Counted from the first letter of the stretch, positions 1-13,091 are shown. The stretch: DNA of 64,000 nucleotides from an uncultured delta proteobacterium (GCA_963769935.1 CAVYNY010000019.1:1-64000), one strand, 5' to 3'. Numbers and translations: made by a program. The notes: generated by a model from the letters alone, not told the origin.

Positions 1-54
1 GTGAAGCGTCCCGGGATCCATGCCGCATCGTTTCTGGTCAGGAAGGATGCAGGT

Positions 55-361
55 ATGCCTAAGAGTTCGAGCCCGCGACGAAGGAGCGGGCGGTGCGGAT
101 GGTCACCGAGCAGGTGGCCGAGTACGGGTCGTTGTCGAAGGCGTGTGAGGTCGTCGGCAAGCGGTTGGGGATCTCGAAGGAGACCCTGCGTGGCTGGTGC
201 CGGCAGGCCGAGGTCGACGCCGGCGGCCGGGAGGGCCTGACCAGTGCCGAGCGGGAGGAGATCCGGGAGCTGAAGGCCAAGGTGCGCCGGCTCGAGGAGG
301 ACAACGCGATCCTGACGGCGGCGGCGACTTTCTTCGCGGGGGCGCTCGACCCCCGCAGCCG

Positions 362-365
<4 letters not shown>
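55..365 (+). CDS. IS3 transposase OrfA (HTH), one apparent frameshift near the start
   Basis: MPK..(shift)..KERAVRMV...LGISKETLRGW...EEIRELKAKVRRLEEDNAIL, typical HTH plus coiled coil of IS3 OrfA. Confidence 0.85.
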
Positions 366-2434
<2,069 letters not shown>

Positions 2435-2481
2435 AGCAATATGATGAAACGAAAGTAGGTTAGACAGTACCACGTATTGCT
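2435..2481. other. Probable nanopore ligation-adapter remnants (read-chimera junction)
   Basis: AGCAATATGATGAAACGAAAGTAGG resembles the adapter reverse complement AGCAATACGTAACTGAACGAAGTACAGG, followed by ...ACGTATTGCT, the adapter 3' end. Sits exactly at the GC shift; genes on both sides are truncated. Confidence 0.85.
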
Positions 2482-2767
2482 GTCGGTCTGCCCGGTATCT
2501 CCCTTGAAAGGGAATTGGTCCGTGAATATTTTGCCGCTACGTTGAATGCGGGCTTCGAGTTTGCCTACCAGTATCCGGGGATCAACCGGGTGGTCAGGCC
2601 GCCGGTCGAGTGATTCGCAGCGAAACCGACCGGGAGCCGTTCTGCTTATCGACCAGCGCTATGCGACCTATCGCTACCGATCACTTCTGCTCCCGGAGTG
2701 GACTCCTATCCAGGTAAAGAACCAGGAGCAGTTTGCCGGGGAGTTGCAGAAGTTCTGGCAAGGATAA
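2482..2767 (+). CDS. C-terminal fragment of a DinG/Rad3-like ATP-dependent DNA helicase (5' part cut by the junction; frameshifts)
   Basis: VGLPGISLERELVREYF...AYQYPGINRVVQAAGRVIRSETDRGAVLLIDQRY across frames (helicase motif VI, QxxGRxIR). Confidence 0.8.
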
Positions 2768-2770
2768 ATT

Positions 2771-2950
2771 CTATCTTTTATATTTTCCCATCAACTGAGC
2801 CTGAGCCAGAATGTGGCCCGCCATGGCGGCCTCAACCTGAGCCTTCGTAGCACCGGCATCCAAGGGCAGCATGGTATCGAGGGCGTAGAGCTTGAAAAAA
2901 TACCGGTGGGTTGCGCTCGGAGGGCAGGGACCGCCATAACCCAATCGGCG
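2771..2950 (-). pseudogene. C-terminal remnant of a YbhB/YbcL (PEBP/Raf kinase inhibitor-like) protein
   Basis: Minus strand reads RRLGYGGPCPPSATHRYFFKLYALDTMLPLDAGATKAQVEAAMAGHILAQAQLMGKYKR*; N-terminal half absent. Confidence 0.8.
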
Positions 2951-3046
2951 CGTTGGATCAGAGGTCCGAGGGATTAATTGACAGCATAAAATAATAACAA
3001 TATAATCAATTTAGAGTTTGTTCCCTAAAAAAACCGGGAGGTATCG

Positions 3047-3568
3047 GTGAAAACAATTATACCGGCGGTCGTATTTCTCATTGCCATGGCGGGTGCTTCT
3101 GATCTTAGTGCCCAAAAGCTGTATACCTGGACCGACGCCCAGGGAGTTGTCCACATAACCGATGGTCCGCCGCCCCAAAATGCCAAAGTGGAGAATATTA
3201 CTAACTATCCCGCAAGAAGCCAGCAGGAAATGGATGCAGTTGAGCTTCAAAAACAGCAGCTGCGCGATAATTATAAACAATTTGAGGAACGTGAGGCTGC
3301 CCGGCGGGCAGCCATAGAATCCCAAAAGGCCCAGCAACGGGCTCGGGAAGCGATGCTAAAGGTGCAGGAGCAAACCGAGTACAACCAGGAATACATCCGC
3401 CGGCTCAGCTCCACCAAAGATAAAAGGAAGCAGTTTAGAAAAAAAATTGAACGGATAAAGAATGAAACCGCAGCCGCTCAGGCCGAAGCCAAGGCGGCCG
3501 AGCAGGAGGCTGAGGCAGCTGCCCAAAAAGCCCAGCAAGCGGCTGGCGAAGCAGGCGAAACGCAGTAA
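3047..3568 (+). CDS. Secreted DUF4124-domain protein with coiled-coil tail
   Basis: Signal peptide, LYTWTDAQGVVHITDGPP motif, GGGAGG RBS. Confidence 0.8.
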   Translation: MKTIIPAVVFLIAMAGASDLSAQKLYTWTDAQGVVHITDGPPPQNAKVENITNYPARSQQEMDAVELQKQQLRDNYKQFEEREAARRAAIESQKAQQRAREAMLKVQEQTEYNQEYIRRLSSTKDKRKQFRKKIERIKNETAAAQAEAKAAEQEAEAAAQKAQQAAGEAGETQ

Positions 3569-3577
3569 TCAGGAATG

Positions 3578-3786
3578 CAGAGACCAGAAGCCAGTGGACA
3601 GAGAACAGAGGATGGATGACGGGACGGAGGACGGATGACGGATGACAGATTTGATTGAAGACGGCTTCCAGATGCCGGCAGCACGCAACCAGCTTTTTCC
3701 CCTTTATCCTTTTACCTTTATCCTTTTACCTTTATCCTTTTAACCTCCAACCTTATCCCTTAAACCTCAGACTTAAGCCTTGAACC
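3578..3786. repeat. Two degenerate heptamer arrays (CAGAGGA/CGGATGA-type, then CCTTTAT/CCTTTTA-type)
   Basis: cagagac cagaagc cagtgga cagagaa cagagga...; cctttat cctttta cctttat cctttta cctttat cctttta. Confidence 0.85.
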
Positions 3787-3932
3787 GTCTACCCGGTACC
3801 ATCCACCCCACAAACGACGCTTTCCATCTTCCGTCTTTGTCCTTGACATACCAGTCGACAAAATCTATTTTGCGGCCTGTTCGAGCCGCGCTGCAGTCCA
3901 GCTCGCAAACCTTGAGAGGCAGCTATTAACGC

Positions 3933-4820
3933 ATGAGCATTTACCGCAACTGGTTTCTCGCCAGCCGCCCCTGGTCGTTTGCCATGACGGCCATATCCGT
4001 CAGTGTCGGCAGTGCCCTGGGGGCCATTGATGGAGATTTTTCCTGGGTCTACTATCTGATTACTCTGGTAGGAACCGTTTTGCTGCATGCCGCCACTAAT
4101 TTGATCAACGACTATTACGATGTAAAAAGCGGTGTCGACACCCAGGAAGTTTCCACGGCGCAGTACCGTCCGCACCCGCTGGTCGAGGGAAAACTGAACG
4201 CGGAACAAGTGCGAATCGCAGCAACCATCCTCTACGGATTATCCACCTGCATCGGCATCTATCTGGCGGCCGCCCGGGGCTGGGCTTTAGTGTGGATTGG
4301 TTTAATTGGCGCATTTGCCAGTTTAACCTATACCGCTCCGCCGCTTAAATACAAATACAGCGCGCTGGGAGAAATTTCGGTTTTTTTTATGTGGGGCCCG
4401 CTGATGGTGGCAGGTGCTTATTTTGTCCAACGTCAAACGTTCAGTATAGATGCCTTCTGGATTTCCCTTCCTTTCGGAGCCCTGGTGGCCTTGGTGCTGC
4501 TGGCCAACAACATACGCGACATCAGCCATGATCGTGACAAAGGTATTTTAACTCTGGCCATTGTTCTGGGACAACGCAACGGTCTCTGGCTGTATTTTAT
4601 CCTGGTCGTATCAGCATATCTGGGAATCGTTCTGATGTCGGTTTTTGGCCCACTGTATCTGTGGTCGCTGATTGTTCTGCTGTCGATGCCGCTGGCTTGG
4701 CGTCTGCTGCGCCAGATGATGAAGCAGGTACCGGCGGATGCCGACGCCCGCACCGCTCAGCTGGACACCGCCTTCGGCGTGCTGCTGGTAATATCTCTGG
4801 TACTGGAGGGTGTATTTTGA
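3933..4820 (+). CDS. menA: 1,4-dihydroxy-2-naphthoate polyprenyltransferase
   Basis: ASRP, NLINDYYDVKSGVD, ANNIRD..HD...G..TLA UbiA-family motifs; multi-TM. Confidence 0.88.
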   Translation: MSIYRNWFLASRPWSFAMTAISVSVGSALGAIDGDFSWVYYLITLVGTVLLHAATNLINDYYDVKSGVDTQEVSTAQYRPHPLVEGKLNAEQVRIAATILYGLSTCIGIYLAAARGWALVWIGLIGAFASLTYTAPPLKYKYSALGEISVFFMWGPLMVAGAYFVQRQTFSIDAFWISLPFGALVALVLLANNIRDISHDRDKGILTLAIVLGQRNGLWLYFILVVSAYLGIVLMSVFGPLYLWSLIVLLSMPLAWRLLRQMMKQVPADADARTAQLDTAFGVLLVISLVLEGVF

Positions 4821-5444
4821 ATCGCAGCGAGTTCCGTCCGATCGCCCTGGTTGCAACGGTGGTGCTGGCAGCCTTTCTATGGTTCGTCACTTTCTATCTC
4901 ACCTGGGCCACTTTTTGGATAAAAATTTCGTTTTCAGCAGCCATCCTGGCCATTTTGTCCCTTCGGCTGCAGCCCAACCGGACAGAAAACCTAAAATTCA
5001 ACGCCGCGGCTGTTGCGCTTGGGACTGCTCTCCGCGGCGGCCCTGTATCTGATCTTCTGGGCCGGCAACGCGGCTGCAACCTTACTGCTGTCTTTTGCCG
5101 GTCAGCAGGTCGAGGGCGTTTATGATAAAGGGGCCGGTACGCCGATGTGGGTAATCGCGCTGCTGCTCTTTTTTATAACCGGACCCGCCGAAGAATTGTA
5201 CTGGCGCGGCTATTTGCAGAAAAATTTAATGGCCCGCTTCGGCCAGTGGCAGGGCTGGCTTCTGGCAACCGTCATCTATGCCGGTGTGCACATCTGGTCT
5301 TTTAATTTTATGCTTATCGGAGCAGCCTTTGTGGCGGGAGGTTTCTGGGGGGCCATGTACTGGCGCTTTAAAAACCTGGCACCGGTTATCATTTCCCATT
5401 CAATTTGGAGTACGGTGATTTTTGCAGTGTTTCCAATCAGCTGA
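4817..5444 (+). CDS. CPBP (Abi/CAAX-type) intramembrane glutamic endopeptidase, apparent frameshift near 5015
   Basis: PAEELYWRGYLQ, YAGVH, IISHSIW motifs; TTG start overlaps menA stop. Confidence 0.8.
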
Positions 5445-5445
5445 C

Positions 5446-5501
5446 CGGTTTGGATGGTTTTGATCATTTGGTTCGTTTGGATCGTTTAGATCTAAACGAT
5501 C
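5446..5501. repeat. Nonamer array (GATCGTTTG-type) between convergent genes
   Basis: gatggtttt gatcatttg gttcgtttg gatcgttta gatc followed by inverted taaacgatc. Confidence 0.7.
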
Positions 5502-5924
5502 TTCAGCTTGGCGCTTTCAACCAGGGCCTTGACGACATCGAGCAAGGGCGGCTTGAGTGCCCGCCATTTGGGTTCAATGGCTTTGTCAAGATGCCAGTTG
5601 AAGTCTACCACGTCGTATTTTTCAGGAATAACGCGGTCCCGATGTTCCCCATAGACGGTCTGAGGAATAATACTCGATAAACATCATCCGATGGGGCTTG
5701 ATGTCGAAATCACGGACCACCCTGGTGGCAATATGACCGCAACAGCTGCGCACGGACATTCGGCTTTCAGGCACATCCGATACAACCACGATAATCGGCT
5801 TTAAATGCGTCAAGCCCTTGTCTTCCTTTTTAAGGTCAAATATCCGCAGGCGACACTTCCCACTCGCCAGATGCAGCAAACCGCCCCAGCCTTCCCAGGA
5901 ATATATATCATCATAGATCAGCAT
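5492..5924 (-). CDS. Hypothetical protein, apparent frameshift near 5660
   Basis: MLIYDDIYSWEGWGG..LASGKCRLRIFDL...; continues YGEHRDRVIPEKYDVVDF...KIV* in another frame; GGAGG RBS. Confidence 0.65.
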
Positions 5925-6033
5925 TAAAACCCTCCGGTCAACGGACCACTGATCGCATCGCATTTCACCTTGCTTTACCAAGTCTTATGTAATATATTTT
6001 AAAATTCAAAAAATAAAGGAAAAATATGGCCTT

Positions 6034-7196
6034 ATGCCAATGACAGACAAATCCGATACCATGCATCATCTCGACCAGGGCGATAAAAAAGTTATCTTGG
6101 TAGGAACCGCTCACGTTTCCAGGGAAAGTGCGCAAGAGGTCGGCCAAATTATCGAGGAAGAAAAACCCGATACGGTCTGCATTGAACTTTGCCAGGCGAG
6201 ATACCAGTCCATGCGGCAGAAAGAGCTCTGGCAGGAAACGGATATAATTAAAGTCATTAAAGAAAAAAAATCTTTCCTGCTGCTTTCAAATCTGTTGTTG
6301 GCATCGTTTCAAAAACGGATTGCGAAAAAATTCGACATAATACCCGGCGCCGAAATGATCAAAGCCATCGAAACCGCCGAAGCCGTGGGCGCTGAAATTT
6401 ATCTGGCAGACCGGGACATTCGCACCACCCTGGCACGAACCTGGCGGGCCATGGGATTGTGGAGCAAAATCAAACTCATGTTTCAAATGATCCTCTCATT
6501 GGCGGAAGTTGAGGATATCAAGGAAGAGGATATCGAAAAAATGAAGCAGCAGGATGTTCTCGAATCCCTGTTGGCTGAAGTTGGAAAATCCCTGCCGATT
6601 TTAAAAGACATCCTGATCGATGAACGCGACCAGTACCTGGCCGAGAAAATCAAAAACGCTCCCGGTCAAAAAATAGTAGCGGTCGTAGGTGCCGGCCATG
6701 TTCAGGGCATTAAAAAATATTGGAACACGGACATCGATATCCAGGCCCTCGAAAAGCTCCCTCCCAAAAAAAAGGATGACCGGTATTTTAAAGTGGCTTA
6801 TTCCGGGCGCTATCATAGCGATGTTTATCGCCGGATTTTTTTACGGCGGCGCCAAGGCCGGCAAGGATATGCTCATCTGGTGGATTGCCGCCAACGCGAT
6901 TTTAGCCGGACTCGGGTGCTATTATCGCGCTGGCGCATCCGGCCACTATTATTTCTTCAATGCTGGCAGCGCCTTTAACCTCGTTAAACCCGATGATTGC
7001 GGCCGGCTGGGTTTCAGGTCTTGTGGAAGCATTTTCCCGCAAACCCAAAGTAAAGGATCTGGAAACACTCCCGGATGATATCTTGTCCGTGCGCGGCTTC
7101 TGGCGCAATAAAGTGACGCGGATCCTGCTGGTGGTTGTATTTACCAACCTTGGCAGTTCGATTGGCACCTTTGTCGCCTTTCCGGTCAATATGTGA
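6034..7196 (+). CDS. TraB/PrgY (pheromone-shutdown-like) family protein, apparent frameshifts near 6770 and 6915
   Basis: LVGTAHVS, PDTVCIELC, PGAEM, LIDERD, VVGAGH, LAAPLTSLNP, VVVFTNLGSSIG motifs. Confidence 0.85.
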
Positions 7197-7312
7197 AGTT
7201 GCTGATCGGCGTATCGCACTAAGGCATGACGGTGGAATGCGGATTGAGGGCATCCGGAACAAATGCCGGATTTCGGTTTATTTCCGTCATTAATTGGCAG
7301 CGGCCGGTTTCA

Positions 7313-8113
7313 ATGGTGCAAACGAATACATATCTTTTCAGAAAAATTCGCGGGTGCCGGGCCCTGATTCCGATTGCCCTGATAGTGATGATGATCCCCT
7401 GGGGCTGCGCCGGCACGGCCGACTTATCGCGGGACGAATTTGAGGCACCGCCGGCCGCATAGCTCCCTCCCATGCGGTACACCATTCAGGTCGGGGCCTT
7501 TTCAAATATGGACAATGCCGTGCGGCTGACCGCAAAACTCCAGGCGCAGGGCTTAAACGCCTACCATTTTCTCCATGATTCGGGGCTCTATAAAGTACGC
7601 TTCGGCAACTATCCGACAAAAAAAGCCGCTCTAAAAAGGGCCGAATAACTGAGCGGCGGACGGCATCATTGATGTGTACTACATTGTCGGCCCGAAGGAT
7701 TACACTGCGTCAGCCTATCGGCCGGGCAATCGGGATTATCTCAGAAACGAAATTGTCACAACCGCCCAAAAGTATATCGGAATTCCCTACCAATGGGGCG
7801 GCGCGTCGCCCCACACCGGCTTTGACTGCAGCGGTTTGACCATGGTGGTTTACCGGTTGAACGGCCTGCAGCTGCCGCGTTCGTCGGGAAGCCCAGTGGC
7901 AAGCCGGAAGACCGATCGACCACAGCCAACTGCAAAAGGGCGATCTGATTTTTTTCGCCACGTCCGGCGGCCAAAGGGTGTCGCACGTGGGTATTTATGT
8001 CGGGGACAACGAATTTCTGCATGCTCCGGGCAAAAACCGCAAAATCAGGATCTCGTCTTTATCGAGCTGAATATTATCGATCCCGCTATCTCGGCGCCAG
8101 AAGATATGTGTGA
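7313..8113 (+). CDS. Lipoprotein with SPOR domain and NlpC/P60 peptidase, several apparent frameshifts
   Basis: WGC lipobox-like site, YTIQVGAF (SPOR), IGIPYQWGG..GFDCSGL, GDLIFF, SHVGIY, FLHAP. Confidence 0.8.
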
Positions 8114-8398
8114 GCGTTTAGTTCGTTAAGATCGTTGAGATCGTTAGGAGCGTTCGTGTGAATGGAAAATAAGAAGCGCAGAAGAGCAGGAAAGCTCTGT
8201 TTTATTCATGATTAGCACGACATTGTGAGGCTTTTATCTGCCATTTCAAATTTCTGCTCTTCTGATCTTCTTAGCTTCTTAACTTCATTCTTCTTTGGTT
8301 TGCGATCAACGATCCAAACCATCCAAACTATAACCGAATCTATTCATCATATCCCAATCAACTAATCAACCAGTCAACATCAACCACAACTAGTCAAT
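8112..8398. repeat. Nested inverted tandem arrays: nonamer A, octamer B, B', A', then octamer C (AATCAAC-type)
   Basis: GATCGTTGA-type 8112-8156; GAAGAGCA-type 8165-8196; TTCTGCTC-type 8252-8286; TCAACGATC-type 8306-8332; CAATCAAC-type 8355-8398. Confidence 0.85.
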
Positions 8399-9184
8399 AA
8401 TCTTAACCACCGTTCTTTCCATTTTTTTCCACCTGTCAGCGATAACTCATTTTGACTGTATTGATACGGTCCCTGGCAAAAAGTTGAATACATGCCGGAT
8501 AAAGCTCCCATTCAAGTTCAAGTCCTTTTTGGCGAATCGAATCGATGGTATCTGCGGCTGGATTTGAAATGCCCGCTGCCCGATGATCGGCCCGGTATCT
8601 TCACCGTAATCAATGAAGTGAACCGTACACCCGCCTACCTTGCAGCCATAGCGGAAGCGTCTCCATATCCGTCGACTCCGGCAAAAGCCGGAAGCAGGGC
8701 CGGATGGATATTCATAATCCGGGGCCGGCGGGGTCGATATTGATCCGGTCGATAAAATATGGCGTTAAATTGCGCATAAAACCGGCTAAAACCAGCAGAT
8801 CGAAAGGGTAGGATTTCATAGCCCGCAGCAGCCCGGCTTCGGCCATGGCACGGGATTTCAAGAAAAAGCCGAGTTTGGCAGGATCGCCACGCTCGCTGAA
8901 AAACGACGTTTGGTCGGCTGCAAATCATTCAAGTCGAAATCATCGGGCAGACCGACTTTTCCTGCTGCCGTTTTCGTCTGCCGTAATGATGAATTATAGT
9001 CGACAACAAAGGTCGGAATATTGTCCTGGCGCGCCGGTACCAGTCCGCCGGCCGTCAGGATTATCCGATCCGACAAAAACCACTCGACCATCGATCGTGC
9101 CGTCGCGGCAGGCATCGATGATCGCCTGCAGATTCGTGCCGCCGCCCGAAATCAGAGCGCTCCGATTCGGATTTTTTTAGTCAA
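8390..9184 (-). CDS. purN: Phosphoribosylglycinamide formyltransferase (long form), many apparent frameshifts
   Basis: TTG start, IRIGAL/ISGGGTNLQAIIDA, RIMNIHPALLPAFAGVDGYGD, GCTVHFIDYGEDTGPII motifs across frames. Confidence 0.8.
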
Positions 9185-9393
9185 TTGGATTCCTCCCCGC
9201 TGGGTTTTTAATAGCCTTTCATTTGAAAAAAGTGCCATTGGAACGAATAAACCAGGGAAAAAATGCCAGAAACCATAAGGCAGATCAACTTGTTTTTGAA
9301 ATCTTAACTCGCGCTTAGGATCCACGAAAAAATAAGTTCACAGATTTGTAGTTGGGGCGTGTCCGGCAAGTGCTTGTATAAAAATTGCTCAGG

Positions 9394-9422
9394 TTGACAA
9401 TAGAGATTGCCATCACTATAAT
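9394..9422 (+). promoter_or_regulatory. Consensus sigma70 promoter of trxA-bamD
   Basis: TTGACA-17 bp-TATAAT, exact consensus, about 40 bp before the trxA start. Confidence 0.85.
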
Positions 9423-9463
9423 GGTCCAATTGTATCATTTTACGTATGAAAGGATGTAAAGTC

Positions 9464-9790
9464 ATGGCAGAAGGAATCATGGAGATAGACGACGATAATT
9501 TCGAAGCTGAAGTGCTGCAGTCCGACAAACCGGTACTGGTCGATTTCTGGGCACCTTGGTGCGGCCCCTGCAAAGCCATCGGACCCATCGTAGAGGATCT
9601 TGCCAATTCATTCGGGGACCAGGTCAAATTTGCCAAATGCAACGTAGACAATAGTCCTATCACTCCCGGCAAATTCGGTATTAAAGCCATACCCACCCTC
9701 ATTTTCTTTAAAAAGGGTGACGTTGTCGAACAAATCACCGGCATGGTCGCCAAGTCAAAACTGGAAGACGCCATCAATAAATTGCTGTAA
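9464..9790 (+). CDS. trxA: Thioredoxin
   Basis: VLVDFWAPWCGPCK motif. Confidence 0.97.
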   Translation: MAEGIMEIDDDNFEAEVLQSDKPVLVDFWAPWCGPCKAIGPIVEDLANSFGDQVKFAKCNVDNSPITPGKFGIKAIPTLIFFKKGDVVEQITGMVAKSKLEDAINKLL

Positions 9791-9799
9791 ATAAAAGAC

Positions 9800-10483
9800 A
9801 TGAAACGTCTGTTTATTGTCGGAATTATTATACTTTTTTTCGGCTCCGGGTGCTCCGCCCTTAAAAAATCATGGAACGCCATTACAGGCAAAGAAGAGAC
9901 CGGATCCGCCCAACAGCTGGCATGGGATGGGATGGATGCCTACGACGATGGCGAATATAAAGACGCCATTGAGAACTTCCAAAAACTGAAAGACTGGTAT
10001 CCATTTTCCAAATATGCCATTCTGGCCGAACTGAAAATAGCAGATGCCCATTATCATCTGGACCAATACGAAGAGGCGATCTTTGCCTACGAAGAGTTTG
10101 AAAAGCTGCATCCGCGCAACGAGGCCGTTCCCTATGTGATTTATCAAATCGGGCTTAGCTACTATGATCAAATCGAAACTATCGATCGCGACCAGACTCC
10201 GGCCCGCAAAGCGCTGGAAACTTTTCAGCGCTTGACCAAACAGTTTCCCGATGATCAATATGCACGCAGCGCGAATGAACATATTCCCAAATGTTTAAAA
10301 AGTTTAGCCGGCAATGATTATTATATCGGTTTATTTTATTTTAACTCCAAACACTACGAGGCTGCCCTGAAACGATTTATGTCGGTGCTTACCAACTACC
10401 CCGACGTTGGATACCACCAGCAAGCCCTGCAATACGTCGCTCAATGTGAAGCCTCGCTGGCTAAGGAGGCCAAGGAAAATTAA
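9800..10483 (+). CDS. bamD: Outer membrane protein assembly lipoprotein BamD
   Basis: GSGC lipobox, TPR motifs, YPFSKYA..AELKIADAHY, DRDQT. Confidence 0.9.
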   Translation: MKRLFIVGIIILFFGSGCSALKKSWNAITGKEETGSAQQLAWDGMDAYDDGEYKDAIENFQKLKDWYPFSKYAILAELKIADAHYHLDQYEEAIFAYEEFEKLHPRNEAVPYVIYQIGLSYYDQIETIDRDQTPARKALETFQRLTKQFPDDQYARSANEHIPKCLKSLAGNDYYIGLFYFNSKHYEAALKRFMSVLTNYPDVGYHQQALQYVAQCEASLAKEAKEN

Positions 10484-10564
10484 AAAAAGCCTTTACACCT
10501 TTCCGGTATTGTTGTAAAAGACCTTTTTTCAGCAAAATACCAATTTGAATCGAGGAGAACAATC

Positions 10565-10762
10565 GTGTCTAAAATGTGTGCAATCTGCGGCAAAAAACCT
10601 ATGGTGGGCAGCCATGTCAGTCATGCTCACAATGTCACCAAACGCCGATTCAACCCGAATTTGCAGCGTGTGCGCGCAATTTCAAACGGCAGAGTCAAAA
10701 AAATGGATGTCTGCGCCAACTGCATCAAATCCGGGCACGTGGTTAAGGCGCCCTGGGAATGA
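10565..10762 (+). CDS. rpmB: 50S ribosomal protein L28 (CxxC..CxxC zinc form)
   Basis: [29 protein letters not shown]. Confidence 0.97.
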   Translation: MSKMCAICGKKPMVGSHVSHAHNVTKRRFNPNLQRVRAISNGRVKKMDVCANCIKSGHVVKAPWE

Positions 10763-10858
10763 AGATTGAAGATTGAATAATTAAGGTATGCTTTCTAATT
10801 TAAAAAAGATAGAATTCCATAAATATTCAATCTTCAATCTTCAATATTCAATATTCAT
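10758..10858. repeat. Inverted heptamer-arm element, family D (GAAGATT/AATCTTC), copy 1
   Basis: gaagatt gaagatt gaataat taaggtat ... aatattc aatcttc aatcttc aatattc aatattc. Confidence 0.85.
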
Positions 10859-10866
10859 TTCCTACC

Positions 10867-13012
10867 CTATCCTACCCTTTTAACGTCCTGCACCAGTTTC
10901 ACCTTCCGGACCGCCGACAGAATCTTTTCCAGGTGGTTGGTATTTTCAACGCCGATGGTGAAATAACTGTCGACCGTCTTGTTGTCACGAATCTCCGAAC
11001 TGGCATTGAGAATGTTGGCGCCGAACTTGCTGATATTGCCGACCACATCCGCCAGCAGTCCGACCCGGTCCTGGGAGATGATCCGGATTTTAACCGGATA
11101 GGTTTCATTTTTTTCCTGATTCCATTCGACCTCGATTTGGCGATCGGGATTCATACGCAATGCATTGATACAGTTGGTTCGGTGCACCGTCACACCGTAT
11201 CCCCGGGTGATATAGCCGATAACCGGATCGCCGGGAACCGGTTGGCAACATTTTCCGAACCTTATCAGAATATCATCCACGCCTTTGACGAGCACCCCGG
11301 CTTTGAGCTTTTTCTTGCGAACCACCCGACCGACAAGTCTATTAAAAATAGATTCCTGATCCTCTTCGGACTCCAGTTTGGGCGCAAATTTTCGTAGGAC
11401 CTGCAGCGGCGTAATTTTGCCGTAACCGACATTGGCCACCAGATCGTCGATGGTCTTAAAGCCGAAATGCGCTCCGACCTCAGCCATCTGCTCGGTTTTA
11501 GCCAGGGTCATGAAGTTCAGTTTTTCTTTCCGAAAAGCCTTTTCAAGCATCTCCCGGCCCAGGGTGATACTGCGTTCTTTTTCCTGGGTCTTGATCCAGT
11601 GCCGGATTTTTGAGCGCGCTTTAACGGTCTTGACGAATTTCAGCCAATCTTTGCTGGGATGATGATTCTTGGAGGTGGTGATTTCAACGATATCGCCGGT
11701 TTTCAATTCATAGGGCAGGGGGACCAGTTGGCCGTTTACTTTGGCGCCGGTGCATTGATTACCGACTTCCGTATGGATCATGTAGGCAAAATCAACCGTT
11801 GTGGCACCGCGCGGCAAAGTTTTGATCTCACCGCGGGGTGTGAACACGTAGACTTCATCCTGGAAAAGATCGATGCGTACGTTTTCGAGAAACTCACCGG
11901 GGTCAACAAAATTTTCCTGATTTTCCACCAGATCCTGAATCCAGGCAAATTTTTTGCTGATATTCTCATCGATCCGTTTACCTTCCTTATAGCTCCAGTG
12001 CGCGGCAATGCCGGATTTGGCAACCCGATCCATCTCCCGGGTTCGTATCTGGATTTCAATGCGCTCGCCAAAAGGTCCGATAACCGTGGTATGCAATGAT
12101 TGATACATATTGGGCTTGGGACGCGCAATATAATCTTTGAATTTATGGTCGATCGGTTTCCACATCGAATGAATCAGCCCCAGGGCTTCATAACATTGGG
12201 AGATGGAATCGAGAATAATTCTAAAAGCAATGATATCGTATATTTCTTCGAAAGGAAGGTTCTGGGATACCATTTTAGAATAGATACTGAAATAATTTTT
12301 ATTGCGCCCTAATACCTCACATGCCAGATTGACCTCGTCCATCTTTTTCTGGATGAAGTTTTTGACGGTTTCCATATATTTTTCGCGCTCGGCTTTGGAT
12401 TTGGCCACCAGGCTCTGGATCTGATTGTATTCATCCGGCTGAAAATATTTAAAGGATGATTCCTCCAGCTCGTTTTTTATCCAGTAAATACCGAGACGCG
12501 CCGCGATGGGGGCATAGATGTCCAGGGTTTCCCTGGCAATTTCTTTTCGCTTGCTATCTTTGTGGAATTGCAGCGTACGCATATTATGCAGCCGGTCGGC
12601 AAGCTTGATCAGGATAACCCGGATGTCATCGGCCATCGCCAGAAACATCTTGCGCAGGCTTTCGGCCTGGCGGGCCCGGGAGCTGTGAAAAGAAAGGCTG
12701 CTGAGCTTGGTGACACCGGAAACGATCAGCAGAACTTCAGGGCCGAAGAGTCTTTCGATTTCATTCACTTCGGCATTGGTGTCCTCGATCACATCATGCA
12801 GTAAGCCGGATGCCACACTGATGACATCCAGCTTCATGTCCGTGAGTATTCCGGCGACCTCCAGCGGGTGGGAAAGATACGGTTCGCCCGACAGGCGGAC
12901 CTGGCCTTCATGAACCCTGGCGGAATAAACATATGCGCGCTCAATGATATCCAGATCCGCTTCCGGATGGTATTCGGTGATCTTATCTATGAATGTCGTT
13001 GATTCTGATCAA
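10867..13012 (-). CDS. spoT: Bifunctional (p)ppGpp synthetase/hydrolase (RelA/SpoT), one apparent frameshift near 12990
   Basis: HEGQVRLSGEPY..HP, LLHDVIED, KLADRLHNMRTL, YQSLHTT, EIQIRT, TGS and ACT domains; TTG start at 13012 restores MIRINDI. Confidence 0.93.
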
Positions 13013-13014
13013 GT

Positions 13015-13090
13015 CTGGTCACTCGTTGCTGGTCGCTCGTTACCGGTCGCCGGCTGTTTGGTTGCCGGCTGCCGGCAACTCTAAACCAGC
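13015..13090. repeat. Degenerate heptamer array (CTGGTCG/CTCGTTG-type)
   Basis: ctggtca ctcgttg ctggtcg ctcgtta ccggtcg ccggctg between proS stop and rel start. Confidence 0.7.
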
Positions 13091-13091
13091 A

